A stretch of 64,000 nt of DNA from Tubiluchus corallicola. Taxonomy: Eukaryota; Animalia; Priapulida. A model generated the notes under the pieces. That model made no database searches. It had not been told where the DNA came from and saw nothing but the letters and a program-made list of their open reading frames with translations. Shown in pieces: positions 1 through 11,449 of the stretch. A program made the position numbers and the translations under genes. The stretch lies in the NCBI GenBank assembly GCA_030141605.1, contig JAQGDQ010000090.1:62001-126000 (forward strand), written 5' to 3'. How positions within the stretch are numbered: position 1 is the first letter of the stretch; each line of letters opens with the position of its first letter.

Positions 1-27
1 TTCTCACTTTCTTTCTCCATGTTTTAG

Positions 28-92
28 TCACGTAGAAAAAAGGACGCAGTGGACACATCCTAGAACTAAGAAGAAGAAACGTGTATCTGGAG
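28..92 (+). CDS. WWOX: WWOX exon 2 (WW1 end + NLS)
   Basis: ttttag|...ggag|gtaggg; [21 protein letters not shown]. Confidence 0.93.
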
Positions 93-3000
93 GTAGGGTA
101 ATTACTTTTACATCTTTCAATTTATTTTTTCTTTTTTGGACATGACAGAAATTAATAACTTGTGTGTTCTCTATAGGTTTTAATGGGTGCCAGCTTATAA
201 GGGTTTAGCTTGTCATTATGTCATTACTACATGTTATTATATTATTATTAGTGCTTACTGTTTACACAATGATGTAATATGTATACTTTTGAACTAACAG
301 AAGAGACATTTTAATGTAAGACGCAGTTTGATGGATTTCACATCTAATATGACTTAGTCATCTTTTTATTATTAAAAAATATTAAAAGCTGGGCTAACCC
401 TTTCAATTTATATCTCATGTTTTTGCTGTAGTAAATTGTGCTTGTTTTTCACCAGAATTACCATATGGGTGGGAAAGGAAAATAACAGAAGATGGACATG
501 TGTTCTTTGTTGAGTGAGTGCATTCTAGCTTTTAATGTGGATAAGTTGGCAAAAATTCACTGCATAACTCTGGTGGGAAGTAGAAATAGTTTTTTCTTGT
601 AGGTGTATGCACACATTCTCGGTTGACAGAAGCCGTGACAAGGCCTGCACTCATTGCCACAAAAATACTATAACAATCAAACAGAATTGTATCAATATCT
701 TATTTGTAAAGAAGTAGTTTGTCATCTGATTCAGCTATACTGACATTCTTAGATTTTTTGAAAACCTGTCATTTTTAGCACTTCTACTTATTGTCAACAT
801 GTCTTTTTGTGTTGTATTGTAGTAATAATAACCACAATAGAATAAAGCCATAATCACTAAAATTTGTAAAATCTTACCTGAGCCTAGATTTGAATCAGGG
901 ACTCTTTAGATTACAAGTCCAATGCCGTGACATCCGTGTGTTTATTCCATTAGTAATAATGATATTGTTATTAACATTTGTCATTCCTTAGAGTTTTGCA
1001 AATAATATCATACGAAATTTACATTTTCTAGTCACATCAAGAAGAAAACTACATTTTCTGATCCTCGGCTGGCTTTTGCTGTGGAGGATAAAAGTGTCGA
1101 TGAAGTGGAGATTAGACAGAGGTTTGATGGCAGCAGTTCGGCACTTCAGATTCTTGCTGGTCGAGACCTGACCGGAAAATATGTGATTGTCACGGGTGCA
1201 AACAGTGGAATAGGTTATACTGCTAACAATTTCTTTTCTTCAATATAAATTAACTTTTAAATTTAGCAGTAGATGGCAGTGGCTCAGCTCTTCAGATTCT
1301 TTCCTGTTGAGTCTTTACCGTTATAAATGTGTTTGAAACTGATGCAAACTGTGGAACAATTTTTTTGGTTTCTTGAAAGTTAATTGCTTCTTAAATTGAG
1401 CCGTAGATGGCAGCAGCATAGTTCAGAGCTGAAAAGCTTCTTCAGATTGTTTCCTGAGAGTGAGAGAGACAGAAAGAGAAGGAGAAGTAGTCATCTAACT
1501 TAAAGTAGACCATTATTGAGTAGATGATCATTATTATGGAATTTATATTATATAAAGACTTTTCGCTCCTCTTTATATAACATCACAATTTCTCTATAGC
1601 CTTTTTTTAATCAAGGTCACGCTGAAAGCATTTTAGAATTTTGTGCAAACTAAAGATGTTCAGAATTCTTAAACTCTTATGTTGTGTAAAGAAAAGCTTT
1701 TTGCACAAGAAGATTCACAATTGCGCACAAAGAAAAGAAATCCAGGGTAGCTGAGCTAGAGTATTAGGCCAGATGCAAATTACTTTTCTAGTGGTCACTC
1801 TGTTACTCTGAAAATCTTTTGCTAATAGGTTATGAAACTGCAAGATCATTGGCTACGCATGGTGCACATGTTGTTCTCGCTTGCAGAAACATGAAAAAAG
1901 CCCAAACAGCCGTCTGCAACATTCTCATAGAACGGGTAAGTGTTACTTGTACAGGGTGGTGAGAAGTTGTAGGCTTTGCTAGAGTTCCAGTGATTTGTGA
2001 TTCTCAGATGGGAGGCACTTGGCTCCTTTAAGAGAAATTTCGAATATAAGAGGTGGTTTTTTTATCAAGGATGAAAATTCAGTCAAGAGTAGTATTGCAC
2101 AAATAACTGCAAGGTTCCGTGCATGCAGAGAGGTTGTGGGTTGAATCCTGGAGCTGAGTCATACAAAAGCCTTGAAAAATGGTACCGCTGGATTTTCAAC
2201 TAAGCATGTGAATTCTTCAAAGAAGTATAAGTCTTTAGTAATTAATGTTATGTGGGTTTAATTTGTTGATCATCAATCCATTAAAAAGGGGACTACGTCC
2301 TATATGGCTATATTAGGTATTATTACCTTTTATCTTGAAAAATTGAAGTTCTTGGAGAAATGAGTCAGGAGTTTTGAAAAATTCCCACGGTTGTAACATT
2401 GTTAATTAATTATCATTGGAACTGCAGACATTGGCAATACAGATATTAAAATTAACGTGCTTTATTCAAAACTATAAACTTTTTCGTGGGTTTTTTATAG
2501 TTTCTTTCTGTTTCTGATTTACAGCAGGTCAAGCATTTTTGACACTCTGAGTATATCAGTGTTTTTTGTGTAATTGTCGGATTCATACAAATAATGCAAA
2601 TGAGTTGAACAAGGCTCAATTTCCTGATTTTTCTAGCCTCAGGCAAAAGTTGAAGCTATGCCACTAGATCTTTCATCTTTTAAAGCTGTTCAGGACTTCG
2701 TACGAGATTACAAGTCCAGGCAATGGTGAGTGTACCTTAAGCCACCAATAATTCATAGGTTATTTCGTTGCTTATGCACAGCAGTTATAGGAGATCTTGT
2801 GTTTTTGCATGTGTTTGGTATGAATTTTGTATTTAGTTAATTGGTATCTAAGTGATTAAGTGACTAAATAGTTAATTAATCATTTGACTTTAATGAACTA
2901 ACTAAGTAAAGCTAACTGACCAACCAACCAGCCACCAACCAGCCAGCCAACCAGCTAGTCAGCTGGCCGACTGACCAATAAACTGACCAACTACCTACCA

Positions 3001-6000
3001 ACCAATCAGCTATCTATTTATCTAGCATACTGGTTGACTGACTGAGTAGCTAGCTAATTTAAAAACTTAGTGTTACTATACATGATAGAGTAAAATACGT
3101 CCTCTGTAATTACTTTATAACTTATTCTTGAATGAATTTTGTAAGATTATTTGACACCCATTTGTCACATCTTCAGAAAGTTAGCAAGTGAATCTCCCTT
3201 CATGCGTGTGACAAAGTTTGTAGATTACATGTGATGTGCACCATTTTCTCATTCTGTTGTTATACTATAGGCCGTTGCATATTCTCGTACTTAATGCTGC
3301 AGTTTTCGGCATTCCATATCAGAAAACCATTGATGGGCTGGAGACAATATTCCAAGTGAACTATCTCTCACATTTCTATTTGACCAATCTACTTGAACGT
3401 GATTTGGTCAAACACGGACCATCGAGAGTTGTCGTCATCGCATCTGAGTCGCATAGGTTTGCTGTCATGCTTTTTTTTAGTTGCTTGCACTTGAAATGGC
3501 ATTTGGTTTGTTTTTTGGAGCAGGATGCCATGAAATGATATTTGCTTTAGCATTGCATCTGACCTTTGACCTTTAGGTTTAAATTGACCTTGTTACGGAA
3601 AATACATAGACATTGAGTATTTTTAGTATTTGTTTTCCATATGTAAATGTAAGTGTTTATGACAAAGTTTTGAAGTAAAAATAACCTCAAAAGACCAAAT
3701 TTGCCTGCAGCCACAAAGTCACAGTAAAATTACTATTAATTCGTTAACTTTTAGTGTGTTTTGTTTTTGAACATCTTGCAAATTTGTGGGTATCCATTTG
3801 TACTTATTTATTAGAGTGTTACATTTTACTGTTAAATTAGTACAAAATTTAGCATTTAGTGCACAGTGGTACATATGCGTGGCGTTTCCTCAGAAAATTC
3901 TGGATAATTTTTTAGAGTTGTAGCCTGTTCAATGCTTGTTTTTCAAGGCTGTGATCTCTAAGGAACATAACTGTAGGAACACCAAATTTTTTTCATTTTT
4001 ACATTTTTATCTTCAGTATAGTTCTGTTGTAGTTGGTTATGAATGTGCTGTTTTTTGAAATACACATTTAGTTTCATCTGCATAATCTTCAACTTAGATT
4101 TTTTTATTTTGCAGGTTTTCAGACTTAAATGAAGATAATCTGTCACCAGAGAAGCTTTCGCCAAGTGATCCGTCACAGTATCGATCAATAATGGCATACA
4201 ACTTGTCTAAACTCTGCTGTGTTTTATTTTCTAATGCTTTCAACTGGAAGTATTCTGGTTTTGGGGTTACCTGCAATGCAGTTCATCCGGGTAATCTGGT
4301 AAACACTGGAATATCTCGAAATTGGTGGCTATACAGGATACTCTTTACTCTAGTCAGACCATTCACAAAGTCCATGGTGAGTCTCTCTTTTTGTATGTTA
4401 TTATGCTGCTCAGCTCCTTTGTCCCTTTTTTATGCAAAGAATAAAAAAGTAAAAAAGTTTTTAGCAGTCTGCAAGCTGAGACATGTAACATTCGGGTCAC
4501 GAAATTCTTTGCTATAGCCCACCGGGCCTCGAACTTGGGTCGGGCAACTTAAGTCAAGATGGATTGCTGAACGGGTTGGTGACTCCAAATGTTAAAGAGC
4601 AGCAATGTTTATTTGAATTCTAAGGCAGTTACAAGCGCAGGAGGGGTCGGTCCGTCCTAAAGTACAGAGAATGTTCCAATGGTGATACAGTGTGAAGGGA
4701 AACAGTGAACACAACAAAGTATAAATAAACAAACTGTTTGCCTTAGGTTTAACATTTTAATTGGCATAATTAATTAATTAATCCAAAACGATAAACAAAA
4801 ACTTACAACTTGCACTAGAACAGCGGGGTACCCCTCATTTAATAACAGCCTGCTAGCGTTTCACGTAGCGGGACGTCTCCCATAAAGTTCCGGGGTTTAC
4901 ACACTTAGGTGGCTGGAATCACTTTACTAACAGCCTCGTCGGCAACGACGACCGCACCAATGTCCCACTCGTTTGACTGGCTTAACGAGACTCGCGTACG
5001 ATGACAGACCAGCAAGATTCTCCTGATGACCTCTCCTTCTAATGAGTCAGGTACCAGGCTTTCAGAATATATTAGAAGTCTACTTTTTGTGCCGTTTTGG
5101 TAGAAAACTTCACCATCATGGAAGCATGCCCATCACAGGAAAATGTCATTTGCCAAATATCAGACGTAGTTAGACGTTCTGTCTACGCAAGATAATGACT
5201 GGTAGTGTGAACAATTCAATCCACGTAGCTATTGCAAGTCATGAAGTTGATTATAAAAGTATCCGAAGTGACGTCTTGTCGGCCAACGCCCCGACAAAGA
5301 CAAAATCAATTGGCCTTTTAGCTGAGTCAGCCATTAAACCACTATCTCCGTAACCTCGTGGAATAATCTGCACCTCTCAGGTTATACCTGTCGTGACCCA
5401 GTTAATCATCCAATCACAACGGTACTATATGTATGAGATCATGAAGCCAGAATTTGGTCCAAAAAGTTGAACTGTAACATTTGTTTGTTGAACTCCCAAT
5501 AGGTGGAGCCACCAGTTTATAACGTTTACCAAATTCGGTTAATTAGTTATTAATGACAGGTTCAATACAATACATTTCAAATGCCACGTAAACGTGTTAT
5601 TACAGTTAAATGGCTATTCGTTTTAATCTGCTAAACACGACCGTGACAAGACACTATGGCAGGAGCACTCTGTATGTGGTTGTGGCAGGACCAGAGCTCA
5701 GCTAATTAATAAAGATAATCTAAGGCAAAACTCTGAGCTGGCAAATGCTTCTTAGGCATGTCTATGTAAACTATATACTAACAGGTGAAAACTGTTTAGA
5801 ACGAGTAGTGAATCCAGTCACCTATCCATTGACTGAACAGGTGGGTATTATTTGCAGATGCAGTTTTCATTCAGTTAGAAACAAAAATTGCAAATTATCA
5901 GGCAGTCCAAGCAGTCAGGCCTTGCTGTATTACTTGCACAACACAGTGTTGACTAGTATGCGGAGAGCTTGAGCGCTAAGTTGACACAGTAAGCATTCGG

Positions 6001-6863
6001 TATTGAGGTCACATCGGCAAATTGTAAAGTATGGCAAAATAGCTCTAGCACATTTATGACCTTTTTGCTGAACTTGGGACTTAAACTTAAGACACGAGCC
6101 CTCCTTGATTCAGTCCAAGTACTTTCTGTTCCTTCTTGTGTCATAAAATCTTGGACTGAAATTTGAGAAGTACTTTTATTGGTCATGAATAAGGTCATGC
6201 AAATGCCGTTTTCAATTCTGGTCGTTAACTAGAAATTTTAGGTTTTAGAATCAGCTGTTATTTATATCTTGTACAGCAAAAAGTTTTTACACATATACGC
6301 TGCAACTCAATGATAGGTCTGCTTAACAGTAATTCATTGATTTGTGGCATGACTGGAATCTGACTGAACTAGCTGAGATATTTTTTTCACATTTGGATGT
6401 GAATACAGCCATCATCGAGGTGAACAACCGGTGTCAGCTTGGCAAATGAAACTAACCAATGCGAGTATGGAACCATGTGGTCACTCATCTGTTTAATCTC
6501 AGCTGCAAATTACTAGTCATCATCACTCAAATATTTACATCTCTTCCCTCGCTAAATGTTTTATGATTTAAGTTAAATAAAAAAAATGTTGCTACGTTAA
6601 CGAGTTGCTTTAATTAAGTTTAAAATGAAGTTTATCTTCTTTTTTAGCAACAAGCAGCTGCCACGCCTGTCTACTGTGCTGTTGCTAATGATCTGGAGGG
6701 AGTGGGCGGTCTTTACTTCAACAACTGTTGTGTATGTGATCCTTCGAAGGAAGCTTTGTCAGAAAGTCTGATTACCAAACTTTGGGATGTGAGTGAGAAG
6801 ATGATTGGTGAACGGCTAAAGAACGAAAATCGTTTATCAAGAGGCGACGTTGATGCAATATAA
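28..6863 (+). CDS. WWOX: WW domain-containing oxidoreductase, exons 2-9 (5'-partial; exon 1 upstream of window)
   Basis: Exons 28-92, 456-513, 1032-1213, 1829-1935, 2637-2725, 3271-3456, 4115-4376, 6648-6863, all AG/GT-bounded and phase-compatible. Translation gives end of WW1 ([10 protein letters not shown]), basic NLS (KKKKRVSG), WW2 (LPYGWE...[16 protein letters not shown]), SDR Rossmann motif TGANSGIG, catalytic YNLSK, and C-terminal [10 protein letters not shown]...GLYFNNC; stop TAA at 6861-6863. Confidence 0.97.
456..513 (+). CDS. WWOX: WWOX exon 3 (WW2)
   Basis: accag|...gttga|gtgagt; [18 protein letters not shown]. Confidence 0.93.
870..940 (-). mobile_element. Decayed tRNA-derived SINE head
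   Basis: Reverse strand reads ggcattggacttgtaatctaaagagtccctgattcaaatctaggctc, a tRNA-like anticodon arm plus B-box without an intact cloverleaf. Confidence 0.4.
1032..1213 (+). CDS. WWOX: WWOX exon 4
   Basis: ttctag|...atag|gttata; DPRLAFA...[33 protein letters not shown]. Confidence 0.93.
1829..1935 (+). CDS. WWOX: WWOX exon 5
   Basis: aatag|...cgg|gtaagt; [21 protein letters not shown]. Confidence 0.93.
2085..2330 (+). mobile_element. tRNA-derived SINE (same family as 15637-15860)
   Basis: B-box-like gtgggttgaatcc followed by gagtcatacaaaagccttgaaaaatggtaccgctgg...ctaagcatg. Shares this core and an actacgtcct/att-rich tail with the 15.6 kb copy. Confidence 0.6.
2637..2725 (+). CDS. WWOX: WWOX exon 6
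   Basis: ttctag|...aatg|gtgagt; [21 protein letters not shown]. Confidence 0.93.
2915..3055. repeat. Degenerate tetranucleotide microsatellite (ACCA/GCCA/GCTA/ACTG)
   Basis: caaccaaccagccaccaaccagccagccaaccagctag...gactgactga. Confidence 0.7.
3271..3456 (+). CDS. WWOX: WWOX exon 7
   Basis: tatag|...catag|gtttgc; [13 protein letters not shown]...[14 protein letters not shown]...SESHR. Confidence 0.93.
4115..4376 (+). CDS. WWOX: WWOX exon 8 (catalytic YxxxK)
   Basis: ttgcag|...atg|gtgagt; [12 protein letters not shown]...AVHPGN...LVRPFTKSM. Confidence 0.93.
4484..5648 (-). mobile_element. Solo LTR (~1165 bp) in WWOX intron 8
   Basis: Begins TGTAAC, ends GTGACA (TG...CA). Flanked by a perfect 5-bp direct repeat AGACA (4479-4483 and 5649-5653). 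AATAAA on the minus strand near 4610 suggests orientation. No internal coding region. Confidence 0.7.
6648..6863 (+). CDS. WWOX: WWOX exon 9 (terminal)
   Basis: ttttag|caa...; [28 protein letters not shown]...LWDVSEKMI...stop. Confidence 0.93.
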   Translation, partial: QQAAATPVYCAVANDLEGVGGLYFNNCCVCDPSKEALSESLITKLWDVSEKMIGERLKNENRLSRGDVDAI

Positions 6864-8039
6864 TTATATTGCTCATAATTATATACAATTGTATATGTCT
6901 TCTCAAGAAGTGAGAGACATTTTAGATTTAAAAGTTATCACAACAAGTAGATATAAAAGGCTCTTTATAGGTTTTAGTGACCTATTATTCTTTATTTTTT
7001 AGTTTTTTTTCTAATTATTATTACTTTTTATCTCTAGAAATCAGACATTAACAAATTTTAAAAAAATGGTCTAATTGTAGTCTGCATTCTTTTTGAAAAA
7101 CTGCAGTGATTATACTGCCATCATTAATGACTGTCAGCGTTGCAAATTGCTGTAATACTAGATATTAAAATAAGTGTTGTATTCTTTGTTCACAATTAAA
7201 TATTGTTTCTTCATGTCTTGCCAGATTTTTTATTCATTTTAGATTCTCCTATATGGGGGAGGGTAATCATTCCGTGACATCCTATATGTTGAGTGTGACT
7301 ACGGAGTTCAGTTGCATAAAAAACTTGTTAAGTAAAGGTAACTGTGATTAGAGTGCATTATTAAGGACTCTAGAAGTTGTTAATGCTTTAATGTTTTTCA
7401 TCTTCAAAGCTCCAAAAGTTTTCTCAGTTGTTTTATAGTAAGTGAGGAGTAAAATAGATTGTTTCTGCTTTTATATTTTTAATGGTTATTATTTATTTTA
7501 CTGCTTCCTAAATGTTTTAAATTGCGTCAGTTACATTTAATATGAGCGGAGTTTCCTTTTTGTGATTCTTTTTAGCAGAAAGTTCTATATTACCTTTCTA
7601 ACGAAAAAAAAGCTTATTTTGCATATAAATCTATGAAAAGTATAAAAGAAATCATACATACCAAATCTATGAGACTAGGCAAAGATCCATATTATGGTGA
7701 CTTTTAGTCTATGGTCTTTAATATTTGACCTTTGATGTTTCACTAAAATTCTTTTGTTTTTGTTTGTTTCCAAATTCTTACATGCTAAAGACAAAATATT
7801 TTGCAGGGCTTAAATCTGTGTATAGTGAAAAAACTAGAGCAGTCAAAACTCAGAAATAGAGTATCAAATGAATGTTTGCTTTGATTATTGGACATGCCTT
7901 GAAATGCATTACAAGAAAGCTTTTGAGATCACAAGTTATAGAAATTTTAAGTTTTCTCTTTGGCGCAGGCTGTAATGTAAAGTTTGCGTTATAACATGAG
8001 AAAATTGTGATACTCTTTTTGGCACACTGCAAGCCAGAA

Positions 8040-8295
8040 CCTGATATTCAAGCAGATGTTCATGTAGATGGTTGTGGCAAGACCAGAACCTGACGGTTTG
8101 TTAAGGCTAATTCTCTAGATCCTCTAAGGTGAGACACTGAACTGAGAGGTAAATAGCCAGAATCAGTACGTGCAGGTGAAACCACCCAGAGTGAGTACTG
8201 AATCAAGTGGGGAAGAGCCACTGACTGGTGAACCTCAGCATTGCTTAACTTCGATCGCAAAGCATACACCGTGATCACTTGGCTATTAACCCGCC
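8040..8295 (-). mobile_element. Decayed SINE with tRNA A-box-like head and 5S-like segment
   Basis: Minus strand: tagccaagtgatc (A-box-like) then gatcgaagttaagcaatgc, matching the 5S rRNA gaagttaagca region. Confidence 0.45.
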
Positions 8296-8329
8296 TGCTC
8301 TTGTATTATTCCAAGCAACAAATGGCATT

Positions 8330-9480
8330 CATAAATAGCTTAAAAAGTGAGTAAATGAGTAGCAGTTTACGAAATACATTTTACAATTGGACGCATGTGA
8401 TCTTGTACAAATTTTTGTATTTTTTGTACAAATCTCTGTGGAAAGATGAATGAATATCCAGAGAAACAGACTTCATATATTAATTTCCTTGTAATAGTAG
8501 CAGATAGGGAGGTACCTATTAATGTTGTTCTACGTTTGAGTGAGCTTATAGTTTTCACAGAAGCAATTTGTTAGCGAACAATTCTACAGATAAGAAACCT
8601 GAGGGAAACGGCCGTATTGGTTATTGTTATAGGAGTGTACCTGCTGATGTTCTTTATTCAAGTGAAGTTTTTAGGAAAACAACTCTGGCTACTAAGTTCA
8701 TTGATAAGACACCCGACGGAAAAACTGGAATTGGTCGATTTTTAAGTATTCTTTTGCAGTGCGGTAAGAATTTATTAGTAGGAGACATTAAACTCAAACT
8801 TGGGCCATTAAGAGGCTTAGTAATCTAGTTATTTGTCCAGTCTGTGCAAATAGGTAGTGCGTATCGTGTCTATCGTTTATTTGGTAAGTAGGCTTGCCCT
8901 CCCTGAATAATATCCGCAAAGGTATAAGTTTATTACTGTGATAATATGTAGACGCCTCAACCTCGAAAAGGTTTCCGTCTGGATGTATTTGCTGTGTATA
9001 CAAGCTACTTCTGTTTAGCTGTTTGTTTGTTTGTTTTCACTGATATCCTGAATTGTTAAATTAATAGCTGATGTAGGTCTCTGTTATACATCGTAAGTAT
9101 GTCTATAAAATGCTAGGATTGTCAATATAGCCTTGGCTGCTAGTTGGTCTACATTTCTTCTGGCAGAAAGCATTTTCCTTACAGTAATACTCATTTTTCT
9201 GCTGCTGTTCATATTCTTGGACGTTTCTAGATACAGTTCAGCTGTTATGAAATCCAGCCTTTTCTTCAGACTTGTTGTCTGGGAATTCTCTACTAGAAAA
9301 TTGTATGCCTGTCAACTTCGATTTTCTACGCATCAGGAACAACGTTAACGGCACCTCCTGTTATTAGCAAATCGGCTGTAAAAGTTGCATTTTTTGAATA
9401 CGTAATGATGTTTTTTAGCATTATACAGTGTCCATCAGCCTTTTTTAGGGCGATTTGCCTAAATGTACTTTGAAGTTTTA
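8330..9480 (-). mobile_element. Highly decayed non-LTR retrotransposon (LINE) remnant
   Basis: Minus-strand fragments resemble a LINE ORF2 C-terminus (YSFIFPQRF, compare SFFPRT). Frames are interrupted by many stops; boundaries approximate. Confidence 0.4.
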
Positions 9481-10896
9481 TAGTAGGTAATGAAACCCAC
9501 AGTAATTGGGAAGTTTATCAGTACTCAGTTCCATAGACACTCTCTCTTTGTCGCTCTGCCACCTGAAATCCAGCACTTAACCAGTAAATAGAACTTAATG
9601 CGGCTATGATTGTGATCGGACTGAAATCTGTCTTAACCTTACTTGCAATGTATGCAAAATGAGGTAAATTCCCTAAGGCAGTATTGCTGGTGTTGCTTAC
9701 CTTGGTTCATTAAGTGCACATTGCATAACCATTCAGCTATATATACCCCTCAAAAATCGTTTTAAAAGTGCTAAAATATTTATTGTTTTTATCAATATTA
9801 TAAAAATATCACTGATATAGAAAGATAATAAAATATAGTCGTTATTACTATACACAATTCCAAGATGATAACATTCATACTTAGAGTATTATTAGTTACG
9901 ATATTTTAGACTAGAGTATCAGTGGACCAACGACCACATTCATACCTGTTACACGTACCAAATTGAACCAAAATTTGTTCAAAATGTACATGTGTATTAG
10001 TATTAGTAAGTATTAGTAATGCTACCAATATGCAAATGATAAAATCGTAATGAAGTTGAATTATTAATTTAAATGGAGAAATATCTTGTATGTGCGTCTT
10101 TAGTGTCTGTTTTAATGACTATTGTCTGCTTTTAATTTTTGACTAAGTTATGATGGAAAATTTTTTTGGTTTACTCGCTTGTGATGTAACCCTTACAAAT
10201 AGATTTGTTTCGCACCAAAGCCGGTGTCATCTCGTTTTTGTTCTCGTTCATGTAATACAAAACTTTGCCATTTATTCATTGTGAGGCAAACAATGCGTTT
10301 TCTAACTTTTCTTGAAAATTTAGGTTCTATGACAGCCGTAAACGTGTATCTGTTAACAGTTAGCTCATTACTATCATTTTGGGGCAATAAGCAAAGTCTA
10401 TGTAGAATGTTCCCGAGTTAATTGATCATCAGCGTTTGGGTTTATTAGCATTTGTCATTCCATGCAGCTTTAACGCATTTCAAAATGTATTTGTTGTTGC
10501 TGTTGCTTTGTGGCATGGTACGAGTGCTGTCATGCGTACACGTTTGGTTTGGGTGGTATGGGATGTTTTTCATTAACATTGTTCTAATACGTGAAATGTT
10601 AAATGGTGTTTTAAACGACATATCCACACAGTTGGGCAGAAAAATCTAAGGTGAGTAACTCTGCTTCGCATTCTGGACTAGCTAAAAACAAATGAAGGCA
10701 TTACTACTACTAACTTCGAACAAGTGAAGCAGAGCATTTCCGTTTGCTCGTAAGTGCTTAATCCTGATAATGTGCATGAGAAGTGTAACCAAGCTTTGCC
10801 ACAGTAAACTTATAATTGGCTTACAGCCATAATATTTTTACCAATAGACGACCTTTACATGTGGGCTAGTTCGTTCAATCTCAATTTTTTGGCTAT

Positions 10897-11414
10897 TTAC
10901 GGTTTTCTGAGTACTAAAATTACCCAGCCTGGAGTTAGTCGATTCTTTGACGTACTGAATTCCACTTCTGATTTTTTCATGTCCACCACCTCCCAGTTAG
11001 CGGTAAGAAAAGAAAGTAATTTAATCCCGTACACTCGGTAAGCGTTCCACACTAAATACGATTCACTGGCTTCGTAATGTACGACTAGAATAAATACGCC
11101 CCCGCTCTTTGTAAAGCACCAGGACTGGGCCATGGCTTCGAAGTCCGCGTAGGGGTTCAATTTCTCTCCGTAACGACCCAGTCCCAAACTGTCCACGGTC
11201 AGGTATGCCACCCCGAAGTCGTACCGAGGTTCTCGGTAGTCCGCTGCTGCTGTGAGTGGGGTGCGAGAAGAGATCTATAAAGAAAAGAAATTTCTAAGAG
11301 TAACAAAGCTTCAAGATAATAAACAAATTAAGAAACTGCGAACAACGTCATACACACCCCTTTTTCTCTCCCTCTCTCACACACACGCACGTACGCACAC
11401 ACACACACACACAG

Positions 11415-11449
<35 letters not shown>

